64,000 nt of DNA, from positions 15,562,001 through 15,626,000 of the forward strand of contig CM022678.1 of assembly GCA_012295275.1 (NCBI GenBank). Reading direction: 5' to 3'. The stretch is from Chrysomallon squamiferum (lineage: Eukaryota; Animalia; Mollusca). Shown here in pieces: positions 63,053 through 64,000 of the stretch (position 1 is its first letter; each line of letters starts with the position of its first letter). The notes beneath the pieces are model-generated. The model was given only the letters and a program-made list of their open reading frames with translations. It searched no databases and was not told the DNA's origin. The position numbers and the translations under genes are program-made.

Positions 63053-63854
63053 TTTATTTATTTTTTGTTAGTGTTATTAATTCACTTTTCTGATATAATA
63101 AATAAATAACAAAATTAATTAATTTATTATAACTTATTTATTTACTATATTAGAAAAGATTCTGTGTTTGTTTAGATAACAAAGACTATTACTATAAATC
63201 CGTAGGTACTTTACACTTTGCCTATCTGAAGAAAAGAGACAAAAGAAAGAATCCATATAAATGTGCAGTTGGAAACATGAAACTATCTTTAATTTTTATG
63301 GGCAGTCCAAGACATATTAAAGTTGAGCACTCATCTGGTAAGTATATAAAATACAAGTTCAGTAAAATAAACACAGTATTTTTTGTTCAAATTGTTGTAA
63401 AAATGTTCTTAAATATTTTCCCTCTTGTTTCACCGACATTTCTAATCAGAAATATATTGATGTAGAAGGACTGTTGTTTTATCCCAAGATTTAAAAATTA
63501 TAATAGTGTGACATTATTAAAGTTGCTTCATCGACAGATTTCAAACGTATTCTAACTATGATATTATTTTTTCTTCCTTAAAAATGTATTAAGTGCACTA
63601 TAGTTAATATTATTTAATTAAAAAAATCATGATAATCTGTTCTCAAATAAGGTTTTATAAAATAAAAGACAAAAATGCAGTTATTATTTTTTTTCTCTGT
63701 ATTTCTTCATCAGTATATGAAATTTACTTTTTGTTTTGTTTATTTCTTTAAGATATTCCACTTCTACAGATCAAGCCTAAACTTTTGTATCACTCAAATG
63801 ATACTACTGGATTGTTAGGAGGAAACATAATTTGGAGTGTTTCTTCAGTGGAAA
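59679..63854 (+). CDS. L1/neuroglian-family Ig protein, paralog C (5' partial; 1-nt frameshift in last visible exon)
   Basis: Exons 59679-59742, 60301-60406, 60944-61137, 62264-62440, 63206-63337, 63753-63854 are homologous to the first six coding exons of paralog B; the gene continues past the window end. Confidence 0.82.
60640..60925. repeat. ~30-bp degenerate minisatellite (aaactaaataatatataagtcaatacacac)n before paralog C exon 3
   Basis: About 9 copies; a shorter homologous array lies at ~45770-45885 in paralog B. Confidence 0.8.
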
Positions 63855-64000
63855 GTAAAATACTTTAAATATTATACAAAATGATATTAACAAAAATGAT
63901 AGAAATTTAAGAATAATAAATTAATTACTGTAGAGTATTATTAAACCTTTTACATAATGGTATTAGCAAAACATGAACATGATAGAAAACAATTATACAA

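Overview
AT-rich, microsatellite-rich, intron-dense animal genomic DNA; an invertebrate, possibly a lophotrochozoan (inference). Contents in order: (1) the 3' end of an unidentified + strand CDS; (2) RPL11 on the - strand, whose 5.9-kb intron 2 holds at least 12 sense-oriented copies of a ~130-nt box H/ACA snoRNA-like unit in two subfamilies, one matching the 18S rRNA site equivalent to human U609; (3) DRC1/CCDC164 on the + strand (20 exons), head-to-head with RPL11; (4) an intergenic tandem duplication; (5) three tandem L1/neuroglian-derived receptor paralogs. The two complete paralogs have signal peptide, 5 Ig-like domains, TM and FIGQY tail but no FnIII; the third runs off the window end. 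Also present: tandem repeats that copy splice junctions, an inverted pseudo-exon, a pogo/Tigger-type MITE, and three coding lesions that may be assembly errors. Exon coordinates were read by hand. Most ORFs in the supplied track are microsatellite artefacts.
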